From: Archangium sp.
GTDB lineage: Bacteria; Myxococcota; Myxococcia; Myxococcales; Myxococcaceae
Direction: 5' to 3'
Length of the DNA: 37,308 nucleotides
Assembly (NCBI GenBank): GCA_031367385.1
Contig: JANLPS010000400.1
Span: 1-37,308, forward strand
The position numbers were made by a program, and so were the translations under genes. Positions 17,402 to 24,814 of this stretch are shown here, one piece after another. Positions within the stretch are counted from its first letter, which is position 1, and every line of letters begins with the position of its first letter. The notes under the pieces were generated by a model. The model did not search any database, was not told the origin of the DNA, and saw only the letters and a list, made by a program, of their open reading frames with translations.

Positions 17402-17406
17402 CACCC

Positions 17407-18057
17407 ATGCAAAGCCGCACCGGAGCGCTGTTGAAGACGGGGCAGATCATCGTGAGCTCACTGGGCTTGGTGGAATCGACGCTCGCGAAGCAGGCCTGCG
17501 CGGCCTTCATCGACGCGCAGAACGCGCTCGGCGCAGCGAATCAGCAGGTGCGACTGGCAGACCGCGTCGTGCGCGAGGCGACCGACGTGCTCATCACCGC
17601 CGACAAGGTGAAAGACTCGGCCACCTTTGCCCTGGCGGCTCGCTTGGTGGCTGAAGGCGGCGATCGCATCAGGCCCTTCAAGCAATTTGGAGTGAGCTCC
17701 GTCTCGAAGCTGGTTCGCCGCGGGTACGTTCGACAAGCCATGGTGCTGAATCGCTTGGCCCACCGCGTGCTGTCGGGAGGCACGGCGTCGCCGGAGACGA
17801 AAGCGGCCGCGGAGAGGATGGAACAGGCCGTGATGGCTGTCATCGCTGCGAACGCGCAGCGCAACAACGCACTGGTCAAGCGCACCGAAGCCATCGCGGC
17901 CCGTGATGCTTCACTGCCCGACGTGTGGCGCCAGGCGCTGAGCCACCTGCGACTTTCAATTCGGTTCGCTGACGCCAAAGAGGGCACGAGCGACTACGAG
18001 GCCGTGTTCCCCGTGATCAAGAGGCGCAGGAAGAGCGTCGTCACCCCTTCACTCTGA
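17407..18057 (+). CDS. Hypothetical alpha-helical protein
   Basis: AGGAGG RBS, ATG, 216 aa, Ala-rich amphipathic helices, basic C-terminal tail (KRRRK). No family recognised. Confidence 0.72.
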   Translation: MQSRTGALLKTGQIIVSSLGLVESTLAKQACAAFIDAQNALGAANQQVRLADRVVREATDVLITADKVKDSATFALAARLVAEGGDRIRPFKQFGVSSVSKLVRRGYVRQAMVLNRLAHRVLSGGTASPETKAAAERMEQAVMAVIAANAQRNNALVKRTEAIAARDASLPDVWRQALSHLRLSIRFADAKEGTSDYEAVFPVIKRRRKSVVTPSL

Positions 18058-18600
18058 GTGGGCGCGGGCGTTCAGCTGGGGTTCTCTTTGCATCTCGATG
18101 CGCTCGACGTACGCGAGCGAGGCCAAGACGGGGAGCGCCTTCTTCGAGAGCGCTCCGAAATGAACGGTGCCCACCGAGCTGCCGAGCACCACGCCCCAGC
18201 ACGACAACGTTTCATGTTGCGCGATGCTGAGCGGAGCCGTGGTCACGAACGCGATGCGAAAAAACCCGTCGTCGCGCTGAGCGTCTGGCGCGCTGCGCAT
18301 GTGCACGAGTGCGGCTTCGAGCTCGGCGTCGAGCTTGGCGTGAACGGGCTCGGCGATTTGGTCGACACGAGGCGTCGGGGTGCTCGCGCATCGGGTAACG
18401 AACGCGCCCTCGCATTCACTGCGGGTCGCGAAGCTGCCTTGCTCTCCAGACCACGGCAGGTTGGCGGTGCAGGTGAACCCGTCCCACGCGTAGCGCTTCG
18501 CTGAAGGGGGTGGCGGGCGCTCGTCAGCCACGGCGCTCGACGAGACGCTGCGACATGACAGGAGGAGCGTCATGGCGATGAAGAGCGGCGCGGGTCGCAT
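18049..18600 (-). CDS. Hypothetical lipoprotein, possibly protease-inhibitor-like
   Basis: Lipobox LLS-C, Cys-containing RYAWDGFTC...FATRSECE segment, C-terminal KLDAEL...GVVLGSSVGTVHFGAL...LPVLASLAYVERIE. Overlaps the convergent gene by 9 bp. Confidence 0.65.
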   Translation of the reverse strand: MRPAPLFIAMTLLLSCRSVSSSAVADERPPPPSAKRYAWDGFTCTANLPWSGEQGSFATRSECEGAFVTRCASTPTPRVDQIAEPVHAKLDAELEAALVHMRSAPDAQRDDGFFRIAFVTTAPLSIAQHETLSCWGVVLGSSVGTVHFGALSKKALPVLASLAYVERIEMQREPQLNARAHSE

Positions 18601-18670
18601 GGGCGGCACAATAGCCCCGAGCGCGCGGTACCGGGGGCTCGGGCGCCCAAGCTATGGGCCGGCGGGCCAA

Positions 18671-18818
18671 AGGCGGCGCGACGTGGTTCGACGGGCTCAC
18701 CATGAGAGTGGGCTCCGTCAGGAGGCAGCGCGACGTGGTTCGACGGGCTCACCATGAGAGTGGGCGGTTGTCGCGAGGCGGCGCGGCGTGGTTCGACGGG
18801 CTCCCCATGAGAGGGGTT
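18671..18818. repeat. Three tandem ~43-bp REP-like direct repeats (period 52-53 bp)
   Basis: AGGCRGCGCGRCGTGGTTCGACGGGCTCMCCATGAGAG starting at 18671, 18723 and 18776, with 9- and 10-nt linkers. Confidence 0.9.
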
Positions 18819-18819
18819 T

Positions 18820-20613
18820 TCAGAACGTGCCGGCCTTGACCAACCTTTCGTACAACCCGCCGCGCGCCATGAGCTCATCGTGCGTCCCCTCATCGACGAC
18901 GACCCCGTGCTCCATCACCACGATGCGGTCGGCGGCTCGAATCGTCGACAGCCGGTGCGCCACCACCAACGTCGTTCGCCCCGCCATCAGCTCAGCCAGC
19001 CCCGCTTGCACCTCGGCCTCGGTCGCCGCGTCGAGCCCACTGGTCGGCTCATCGAGCACCAGCAATGACGGCGCCTTCAAGAACGCTCGGGCGATCGCCA
19101 GCCGCTGCCGCTGGCCTCCTGAGAGCCGCGCACCCCGCTCTCCGACGCTCTCATCGAGCCCGAGCGGCCACGCCTTCACGAAATCGGCTGCGTGCGCTCG
19201 GGTCAGGGCCTGCCACATCGCGGCTTCGGTCGCGTCTTCTTTGCCCACCCGCAGGTTCTCACGCACGCTGCCCGAGAGCAGCACCGGCTCTTGCGGCACC
19301 CACGCCACCTGCGCCCGCACCGATCGCCTCGACACCTCGCTCAGCTCCGCCCCATTCCACCGCATGGTGCCGCCGCTCGGCTGAACGAAACCCAACAGCA
19401 CTGAAATCAGGCTCGTCTTGCCAGCCCCCGAGGGCCCCACCAGCGCCACGTGCTTGCCGACTGGCACCTCGAAGGTCACCCCCCGCAGCGCCTCGCGCCC
19501 ATCAGAATACGTCACCCGCAACCCCTCGCAGCGCAGCGCCTGCAGCGGCCCCGCTTCGGCCCCCGCGTCGACCTCGGGCTCGGCGTCGAGCACTTCGAAC
19601 AACCGCGCCGCCGCCGCCAACGAGTGCATCGACTGCGAGAACGTGCCCGCCAACCCCTTCATCGGCTGGTACATCAACAGCGCCGCCGACAAGAACTGAA
19701 TCAGCTTCGACGCCAACTGCGGCTCGCTGGCCACCGCGCGGGCCCCGAACGAGATGGCAATCGCGACTCCGATGATGCCGAGCAGCTCGGTGGTCGGGCT
19801 GAAGGCGCCGCGAATGAACAGCGAGCGCTTCATCACCGCCAGATACCGGCCCTGCTCTTGATCGAACCGCTCGAGGGCGCTTCGCTCGAGCCGGTAGGCC
19901 TGCACCACCGGCAAGTTCGCGAGCTGCTCTGAAGCCATCTGGCTCAGCGCCCCGAGCGAGGCTTGCGACTTGGTGGCCGCCTTGCGCGCGCTCTTCGCGA
20001 AGCGCGTGACCGGTATCACCATGCCGGGGATGACGATGAACGTGAGCAGAAACAACCGCGGGTCGGCGGCGAAGCACACGGTGAGCAACGCCACCACCAG
20101 CAGCGAGTCTTTGGCCCAGCTCGAGAGCGCCTGGCTGACCGCGAACTCGACCTGCGCCACGTCAGAGGTGAACCGAGAGAGCAGCTCGCCAGAATGCCGG
20201 GTCTCGAACCACTTCGGCGGTAGCACCAGCAGCCGCGAATACAGCGAACGTCGAATCGAGTTGAGCGCCCGCTGGGCCACCGAGCTCATCAACCCCGAGT
20301 GCAGCCACGAGCCCGCCGCCTTCACCACCGCCAGCCCGATGATCGCCAGCGGCAGCCGAAACCCCAGGTCCGCCTGCCCAAGCTGCCAGGGCCCCAGGCG
20401 CACATCGCCGCCGCCTTTGAGCACCGATTCGAGCAGGGGGCCTAGCAGCGACGCCCAAAGCGACGCCGCGACCGCTGAGACCAGGGCCGCCAGAATGCCG
20501 ATGGCCACCAGCCCCCGCCATGGTCGCACGAAGCCCAACAGCCGCAGCCACATCTGCAACGCCTGGCTGGGTTTCGGCTTCGGGGAGGTCACGGGTCGAT
20601 TGCTGCGACGCAA
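18820..20613 (-). CDS. ABC transporter, fused permease/ATP-binding (MsbA-like exporter)
   Basis: N-terminal multi-TM domain, GELLSRFTSD, Walker A GPSGAGKT, signature LSGGQRQR, Walker B LVLDEPTSGLD, AHRLSTI. The real start is probably GTG 20592 or ATG 20553. Confidence 0.92.
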   Translation of the reverse strand: MRRSNRPVTSPKPKPSQALQMWLRLLGFVRPWRGLVAIGILAALVSAVAASLWASLLGPLLESVLKGGGDVRLGPWQLGQADLGFRLPLAIIGLAVVKAAGSWLHSGLMSSVAQRALNSIRRSLYSRLLVLPPKWFETRHSGELLSRFTSDVAQVEFAVSQALSSWAKDSLLVVALLTVCFAADPRLFLLTFIVIPGMVIPVTRFAKSARKAATKSQASLGALSQMASEQLANLPVVQAYRLERSALERFDQEQGRYLAVMKRSLFIRGAFSPTTELLGIIGVAIAISFGARAVASEPQLASKLIQFLSAALLMYQPMKGLAGTFSQSMHSLAAAARLFEVLDAEPEVDAGAEAGPLQALRCEGLRVTYSDGREALRGVTFEVPVGKHVALVGPSGAGKTSLISVLLGFVQPSGGTMRWNGAELSEVSRRSVRAQVAWVPQEPVLLSGSVRENLRVGKEDATEAAMWQALTRAHAADFVKAWPLGLDESVGERGARLSGGQRQRLAIARAFLKAPSLLVLDEPTSGLDAATEAEVQAGLAELMAGRTTLVVAHRLSTIRAADRIVVMEHGVVVDEGTHDELMARGGLYERLVKAGTF

Positions 20614-20638
20614 GGGTGCGTTATAGGAGCTGCACTCT

Positions 20639-21751
20639 ATGGCGTCAGGTCAGAAGCGCGACTACTACGAAGTGCTCGGTGTCGAGCGAAATGCAGATGC
20701 GGACACGCTCAAGAAGGCGTTTCGCAAGCTGGCGATGGAGCACCACCCCGACCGCAACCCGGGTGACCACACCGCCGAAGAGAAGTTCAAAGAGGCGGCC
20801 GAGGCCTACGAAGTGCTCTGCGACCCCGACAAGCGCGCGCGGTTCGACCGCTTCGGCCACGCGGGCGTACAGGGCTTCGGCGGCGATGCGGGCTTCGGCG
20901 GCGCCAACATCAACGACATCTTCGGTGAGATCTTCGGCGACATCTTCGGCGGCGGCCGACAACGCCGTCAGCGCAACCGCGGCGCCGACCTTCGCTACAA
21001 CCTCGAGCTGACTTTCGAAGAGGCCGCCTTCGGCTCTGAAGTGTCGGTCAAGATACCGCGCCCCAAGCGCTGCGAGGCCTGCGAGGGCACCGGCTCGAAG
21101 AGCAAGCAGACCCGCACCTGCCCGACCTGTGGCGGCGCCGGAGAAGTGCGCTTCACCCAGGGCTTCTTCGCGGTCGCGCGCACCTGCAGCCAGTGCTCAG
21201 GCACCGGCAACGTGGTCGCCGACCCCTGCAAGAGCTGCAAAGGCGTGGGCAAGATCGACTCTCAAAGCGAATTGACGGTGAAGATACCCCCCGGGGTCGA
21301 CACCGGTACCCGCGTGCGCATCGCCGGTGAAGGTGAGCCCGGCGAGCAAGGCGGGCCTCCGGGCGACCTGTACGTGGTGGTGCACGTCAAAGAGCACTCG
21401 CTGTTTCACCGCGAAGAATTCGACGTCTACGTGGTGGTGCCGATCAGCGTGGTGCAGGCCTCTCTGGGCGCGCAGATCGAGGTGCCGACGCTCGACGGTG
21501 TGGTCAAGCTCAAGGTGCCCGAGGGCACGCAGACCAACAAGGTCTTCAGGCTCAAGAACCAGGGCATACCCCACCTGCAGGCCAGTGGCCGGGGCGATCA
21601 ACACGTGCGGGTGGTGATTGAGACGCCGACCAACTTGAACGCCAAGCAACGCAAGCTGCTCGAAGAATTCGCCGAGGCCAGCGGAGAAGACGTCAACCCG
21701 CAGGCCCGCAGCTTCTTCTCGAAGGTCAAAGAGCTCTTCGCCGCGAAGTAG
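20639..21751 (+). CDS. dnaJ: Molecular chaperone DnaJ (class A)
   Basis: J-domain with HPD, G/F region with DIF repeats, four CxxCxGxG zinc motifs, C-terminal GDLYV and VPTLDG. AGGAG RBS. Confidence 0.97.
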   Translation: MASGQKRDYYEVLGVERNADADTLKKAFRKLAMEHHPDRNPGDHTAEEKFKEAAEAYEVLCDPDKRARFDRFGHAGVQGFGGDAGFGGANINDIFGEIFGDIFGGGRQRRQRNRGADLRYNLELTFEEAAFGSEVSVKIPRPKRCEACEGTGSKSKQTRTCPTCGGAGEVRFTQGFFAVARTCSQCSGTGNVVADPCKSCKGVGKIDSQSELTVKIPPGVDTGTRVRIAGEGEPGEQGGPPGDLYVVVHVKEHSLFHREEFDVYVVVPISVVQASLGAQIEVPTLDGVVKLKVPEGTQTNKVFRLKNQGIPHLQASGRGDQHVRVVIETPTNLNAKQRKLLEEFAEASGEDVNPQARSFFSKVKELFAAK

Positions 21752-21778
21752 ACGTGGTTTGACAGGCTCACCATGAGA
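21752..21778. repeat. Single copy of the 18.7-kb REP-like core
   Basis: ACGTGGTTTGACAGGCTCACCATGAGA versus ACGTGGTTCGACGGGCTCACCATGAGA (2 mismatches). It fills the entire gap between two convergent stop codons. Confidence 0.85.
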
Positions 21779-22858
21779 TTAGACGACCCGGGTGGTGGTG
21801 CCGACCACCTCGAGCGTCGCTCCGTCTTCGCAGCGCACCGCGATTCGGCCCGGGGCAGTGAAGCTGACCTGCTTGACCTGCTCAGACCACCGCGTCGCCA
21901 GCCGAAACGCCGCGTGCTCACGCCGCAGCCGCTGAAAGGTGGGCAGCACTGGCGGCGTCCATTCTTTGGGCAGCGGTTGGCGCAGCAGCTCGTCGAGCAA
22001 GATGAACCCGTCGTCGACCGCCGGTAACGCGTCGAGCGCCTCGGCCCCCCAGGCCAACAAGCGCAGCACCGAGTGCATGTCGCGCCGCCCGGGCACCTGC
22101 GTCGCGAGGCCAATCACCGTCGCCAGCCGCTCGAGCACCGGCAGCGGCGCGTGGTGCTCGCCTTCGAGAAACTCGAGCCGGGCCGCCTGCAGCACCAACC
22201 AATCGTCGAGATACCCGGGCAGCCCGCGGTGGGTCTCGACCGCCACGAAGGTCAACGCGGTGGCCAGACCGACCCGCTTCACGCTGGGCGTCGCCGGGCT
22301 GCGCAGTTCTCTCGCCATGAAGCGCGTCAACAGTGACACTTCGCGAATCAGCGAGAACAGCACCGGCGCGAGCCCCTGTGCCAGCACCGACGCCGCGGGC
22401 CCGACCAACTGCAGCAGCGCGGCCGGCGCCTGCGAGAGCAACCGACACAACTCGTGCCGGGCGGCCTCTTCATCGAGGCTGTCAATGCGGTCGGCCTTCT
22501 GCTCGAGGGCGGCGAGGAGCGGGCTGCTCGCCACTCCGAGGTTGGGCAAACCAGCCCCTTGCAGACACTCGAGCAGCCGGGCCCGCGAGGCCAGGCCGAC
22601 CAGGCGCGCGCGCCGGTGCCCGTCGACGAACACGTCGCAGGTGGGGCAGGCCACCAGGTCGAAGCGTTCGATGGCTGAGGGGTGAAGGTCGATGTCGACC
22701 CGGCCGATTCGAACCGATTGGCTGACGCTGGTGAGCACGGCCTCGAGCGCGCGGGCTGGTGCGCTCCACGACGCGTCGAAGAACAACACCGAAGGCCCCT
22801 CGGCCTGGGTGAAGCCATCGCACTCGGCGTCGGCAACGTTTTGAATCGCGGTCAACAC
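21779..22858 (-). CDS. Thioredoxin-fold domain (non-canonical active site) fused to a helical domain with a DUF1232/YkvA-like motif
   Basis: VLFFDASWSAPARAL aligns to Trx 'DFWAxWCGPC'. IGRVDID...IERFDLVACPTCDVFVDGHRRARLVG matches the Trx C-terminal half. GLPGYLDDWLVL occurs later. GTG 22858 chosen as start; the upstream in-frame part looks non-coding. Confidence 0.65.
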   Translation of the reverse strand: MLTAIQNVADAECDGFTQAEGPSVLFFDASWSAPARALEAVLTSVSQSVRIGRVDIDLHPSAIERFDLVACPTCDVFVDGHRRARLVGLASRARLLECLQGAGLPNLGVASSPLLAALEQKADRIDSLDEEAARHELCRLLSQAPAALLQLVGPAASVLAQGLAPVLFSLIREVSLLTRFMARELRSPATPSVKRVGLATALTFVAVETHRGLPGYLDDWLVLQAARLEFLEGEHHAPLPVLERLATVIGLATQVPGRRDMHSVLRLLAWGAEALDALPAVDDGFILLDELLRQPLPKEWTPPVLPTFQRLRREHAAFRLATRWSEQVKQVSFTAPGRIAVRCEDGATLEVVGTTTRVV

Positions 22859-23011
22859 CTCGGTGGCCCCACCCCAGACAAAAGAAAAAACGCATGACGG
22901 CTCGGGCGGCCCCACCCCCGCCCAAAAGCCGACCCCCCCCGTGAAAGACCCTCGACCGCCGCCCGAGCTCCAACCCCTTCGAACCGCATGCGCCCGCCGC
23001 GTTGGCGACTT

Positions 23012-23027
23012 TGCAAACACAAGTCCG
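23012..23027 (-). promoter_or_regulatory. Possible sigma54 -24/-12 promoter for the thioredoxin-fusion gene
   Basis: Minus strand reads CGGACTTGTGTTTGCA: GG-N10-GC with a good TTGCA but a weak -24 element. Confidence 0.35.
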
Positions 23028-23075
23028 TACATGTGGTCTGCAACCGGTTGAGATCAGACGGCCCGAAATCTGCCG

Positions 23076-23125
23076 ATTCCAATTTGTTGGAATGGGGGGT
23101 GGGTCAGATTCCACTTTATTGGAAT
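23076..23125. promoter_or_regulatory. Two 18-bp palindromic boxes, candidate enhancer (UAS)/operator sites
   Basis: ATTCCAATTTGTTGGAAT (23076-23093) and ATTCCACTTTATTGGAAT (23108-23125), 32 bp apart, AT-rich in a high-GC background. Confidence 0.7.
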
Positions 23126-23154
23126 GGCGCGGGGGTGCTCCGGGGAGCCGCCCG

Positions 23155-23170
23155 TGGCCCAGCGGTTGCT
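23155..23170 (+). promoter_or_regulatory. Sigma54 -24/-12 promoter upstream of the enhancer-binding protein gene
   Basis: TGGCCCAGCGGTTGCT matches the TGGCAC-N5-TTGCW consensus with correct GG-N10-GC spacing. Confidence 0.6.
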
Positions 23171-23243
23171 CAAGGCCCTTCACATGGATGCGAGCCAGTC
23201 AGTTGCTGCGGTGAGTCAGGGCCGAAGGCTAGTGTTCCAAGCC

Positions 23244-24728
23244 ATGGCCGGGGTGGAGGAAGGGAGACTGGGGCTCGAACGCGATTTGTACCGCGCATTG
23301 ATCGAAGTGCCGTCGAGCCCCGACCCGCAGGCGCACCTGGCTGACGTGCTGCAGAAGTTGGTGACGATGGCGGGCGCCGAGCGCGGCTACGTCGAGCTGT
23401 ACCAAGACGAATCGGCCGATGCGATCGCGCTCTCGCACCTGTGCACGCCCGAGCAAGAGGCCGAGATTCGCGCGGTCACCTCGCGGGGCATCGTGGCCGC
23501 GGCGATCGCCAGCGGCACCACGATTCACACGCCGGCGGCGCTGCTCGACGAGCGCTTCGCGTCGCACCCGTCGGTTCAAAATCAACGGCTCGAGGCGGTG
23601 CTGTGCGTGCCGTTGACCTCGACCAGCCCGGGCGTGCTGTACCTCGAGGGTCGGCGCGGCGCGGGGCCCTTCTCGCTCGACGTGGTGGCGGTGGTCGAGC
23701 GGGTGGCGCGGTTTCTGACGCCGGTGCTCGAGGCCTCGACGCCTCGGGCCGACGCGGCGCGCGGGCTCGACCCGACCAACCCGCTCCGCTCGAAGCTGAA
23801 CCTCGCGGGGCTGGCGGGCCGCAGCGCCGGGCTCGCGTACGTGTTCGAGCAGGTGGGGCTGGTCGCTCCGCTCGACATCAGCGTGCTGGTCAGCGGCGAT
23901 TCGGGCACTGGCAAGACGGCCCTGGCGCGAGCGATTCACGACAACAGCCCCCGGCGGGCGGGCCCATTCATCGAGCTCAACTGCGCGGCGATACCCGAGA
24001 CGCTCTTCGAGGCCGAGCTGTTCGGCACGATGAGCGGCGCCTTCACCGGGGCCCGGCGCGCGGCTGGTAAAATCGAAGCGGCCGAGGGCGGCACGCTCTT
24101 GCTCGACGAGATTGGAGAGCTGCCGTTCGCAATGCAGAGCAAGCTGTTGCAGGTGCTGCAATCGAAGCAGTACTACCCGGTGGGCAGCGCGAAGGTGGCC
24201 ACCGCGAACGTGCGGGTCATCGCCGCGACCAACGCGTTGCTCGAAGAGCTGGTCGAGCAGAAAAAATTTCGCGACGACCTCTACTACCGGCTGACCGCGT
24301 TCTCGATTCGCATGCCCTCACTGGGTGAGCGACGGGCCGACATTCAGCCGTTGATTGACGAGCTGATGACGCGCATCGCCTTCGAGCACCGGTTGCCGAA
24401 GCTGCCGCTCTCGCGCGGGTTTCGAGCGGCGTGTGAGGGGCTCGAGTGGCCAGGCAACGTGCGCCAGCTTCGAAATCGCCTCGAGCAGTCGGTGATTCGC
24501 GCGGTGGGTGAAGGGGCGGTGCAGGTCGAGCCGCGGCACCTGGGCGTCGACGCCAAGACCGTGTCGAGCTCGCTTCAAGAAGCCACCCGCGCTTTTCAAC
24601 GCGAGCTGCTGCGGCGCGAGCTCACCGCCGCCAAGTGGGACACCGCCGAGGTCGCGGAGCGTCTCGAGATCAGCCGTTCGCAGGTCTACAATTTGATCAA
24701 GGCCTTCGCGCTCGACAACGAGTCGTAG
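23244..24728 (+). CDS. Sigma54-dependent enhancer-binding protein (GAF - AAA+ - Fis HTH)
   Basis: GAF (AERGYVEL...VLCVPL...GVLYLE), Walker A GDSGTGKT, GAFTGA, Walker B LLLDE, FRDDLYYRL, WPGNVRQL, HTH VAERLEISRSQVY. Alternative ATG at 23184. Confidence 0.93.
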   Translation: MAGVEEGRLGLERDLYRALIEVPSSPDPQAHLADVLQKLVTMAGAERGYVELYQDESADAIALSHLCTPEQEAEIRAVTSRGIVAAAIASGTTIHTPAALLDERFASHPSVQNQRLEAVLCVPLTSTSPGVLYLEGRRGAGPFSLDVVAVVERVARFLTPVLEASTPRADAARGLDPTNPLRSKLNLAGLAGRSAGLAYVFEQVGLVAPLDISVLVSGDSGTGKTALARAIHDNSPRRAGPFIELNCAAIPETLFEAELFGTMSGAFTGARRAAGKIEAAEGGTLLLDEIGELPFAMQSKLLQVLQSKQYYPVGSAKVATANVRVIAATNALLEELVEQKKFRDDLYYRLTAFSIRMPSLGERRADIQPLIDELMTRIAFEHRLPKLPLSRGFRAACEGLEWPGNVRQLRNRLEQSVIRAVGEGAVQVEPRHLGVDAKTVSSSLQEATRAFQRELLRRELTAAKWDTAEVAERLEISRSQVYNLIKAFALDNES

Positions 24729-24814
24729 GGCTTCTCCCCTGTCGTACCCCCAGCAGCGATGACGGTGGCGTGTTTGGCGCCATCGCAGTGACCCCACCAC
24801 GAGAGGTTGTCCCC

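Noticed and set aside
18671..18818. CRISPR array
   Set aside because: Linkers are only 9-10 nt, there are just three units, no cas genes or AT-rich leader are present, and a solo copy occurs at 21752. This fits a REP-like repeat better.
20560..20638. CIRCE or sigma32 heat-shock element before dnaJ
   Set aside because: No TTAGCACTC-N9-GAGTGCTAA and no convincing CTTGAA/CCCCAT pair. dnaK and grpE are not in the window.
22859..23032. N-terminal 58 aa of the 417-aa ORF 21779..23032
   Set aside because: Low-complexity G/T-run sequence containing regulatory-looking elements. The Trx fold begins right after GTG 22858.
23124..23183. ATG 23124 as bEBP start, and TGGCGCGGGGGTGCT as a sigma54 promoter
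   Set aside because: This ATG lies upstream of the better -24/-12 element and overlaps palindrome 2. The GG-GC spacing of that motif is 9 rather than 10.
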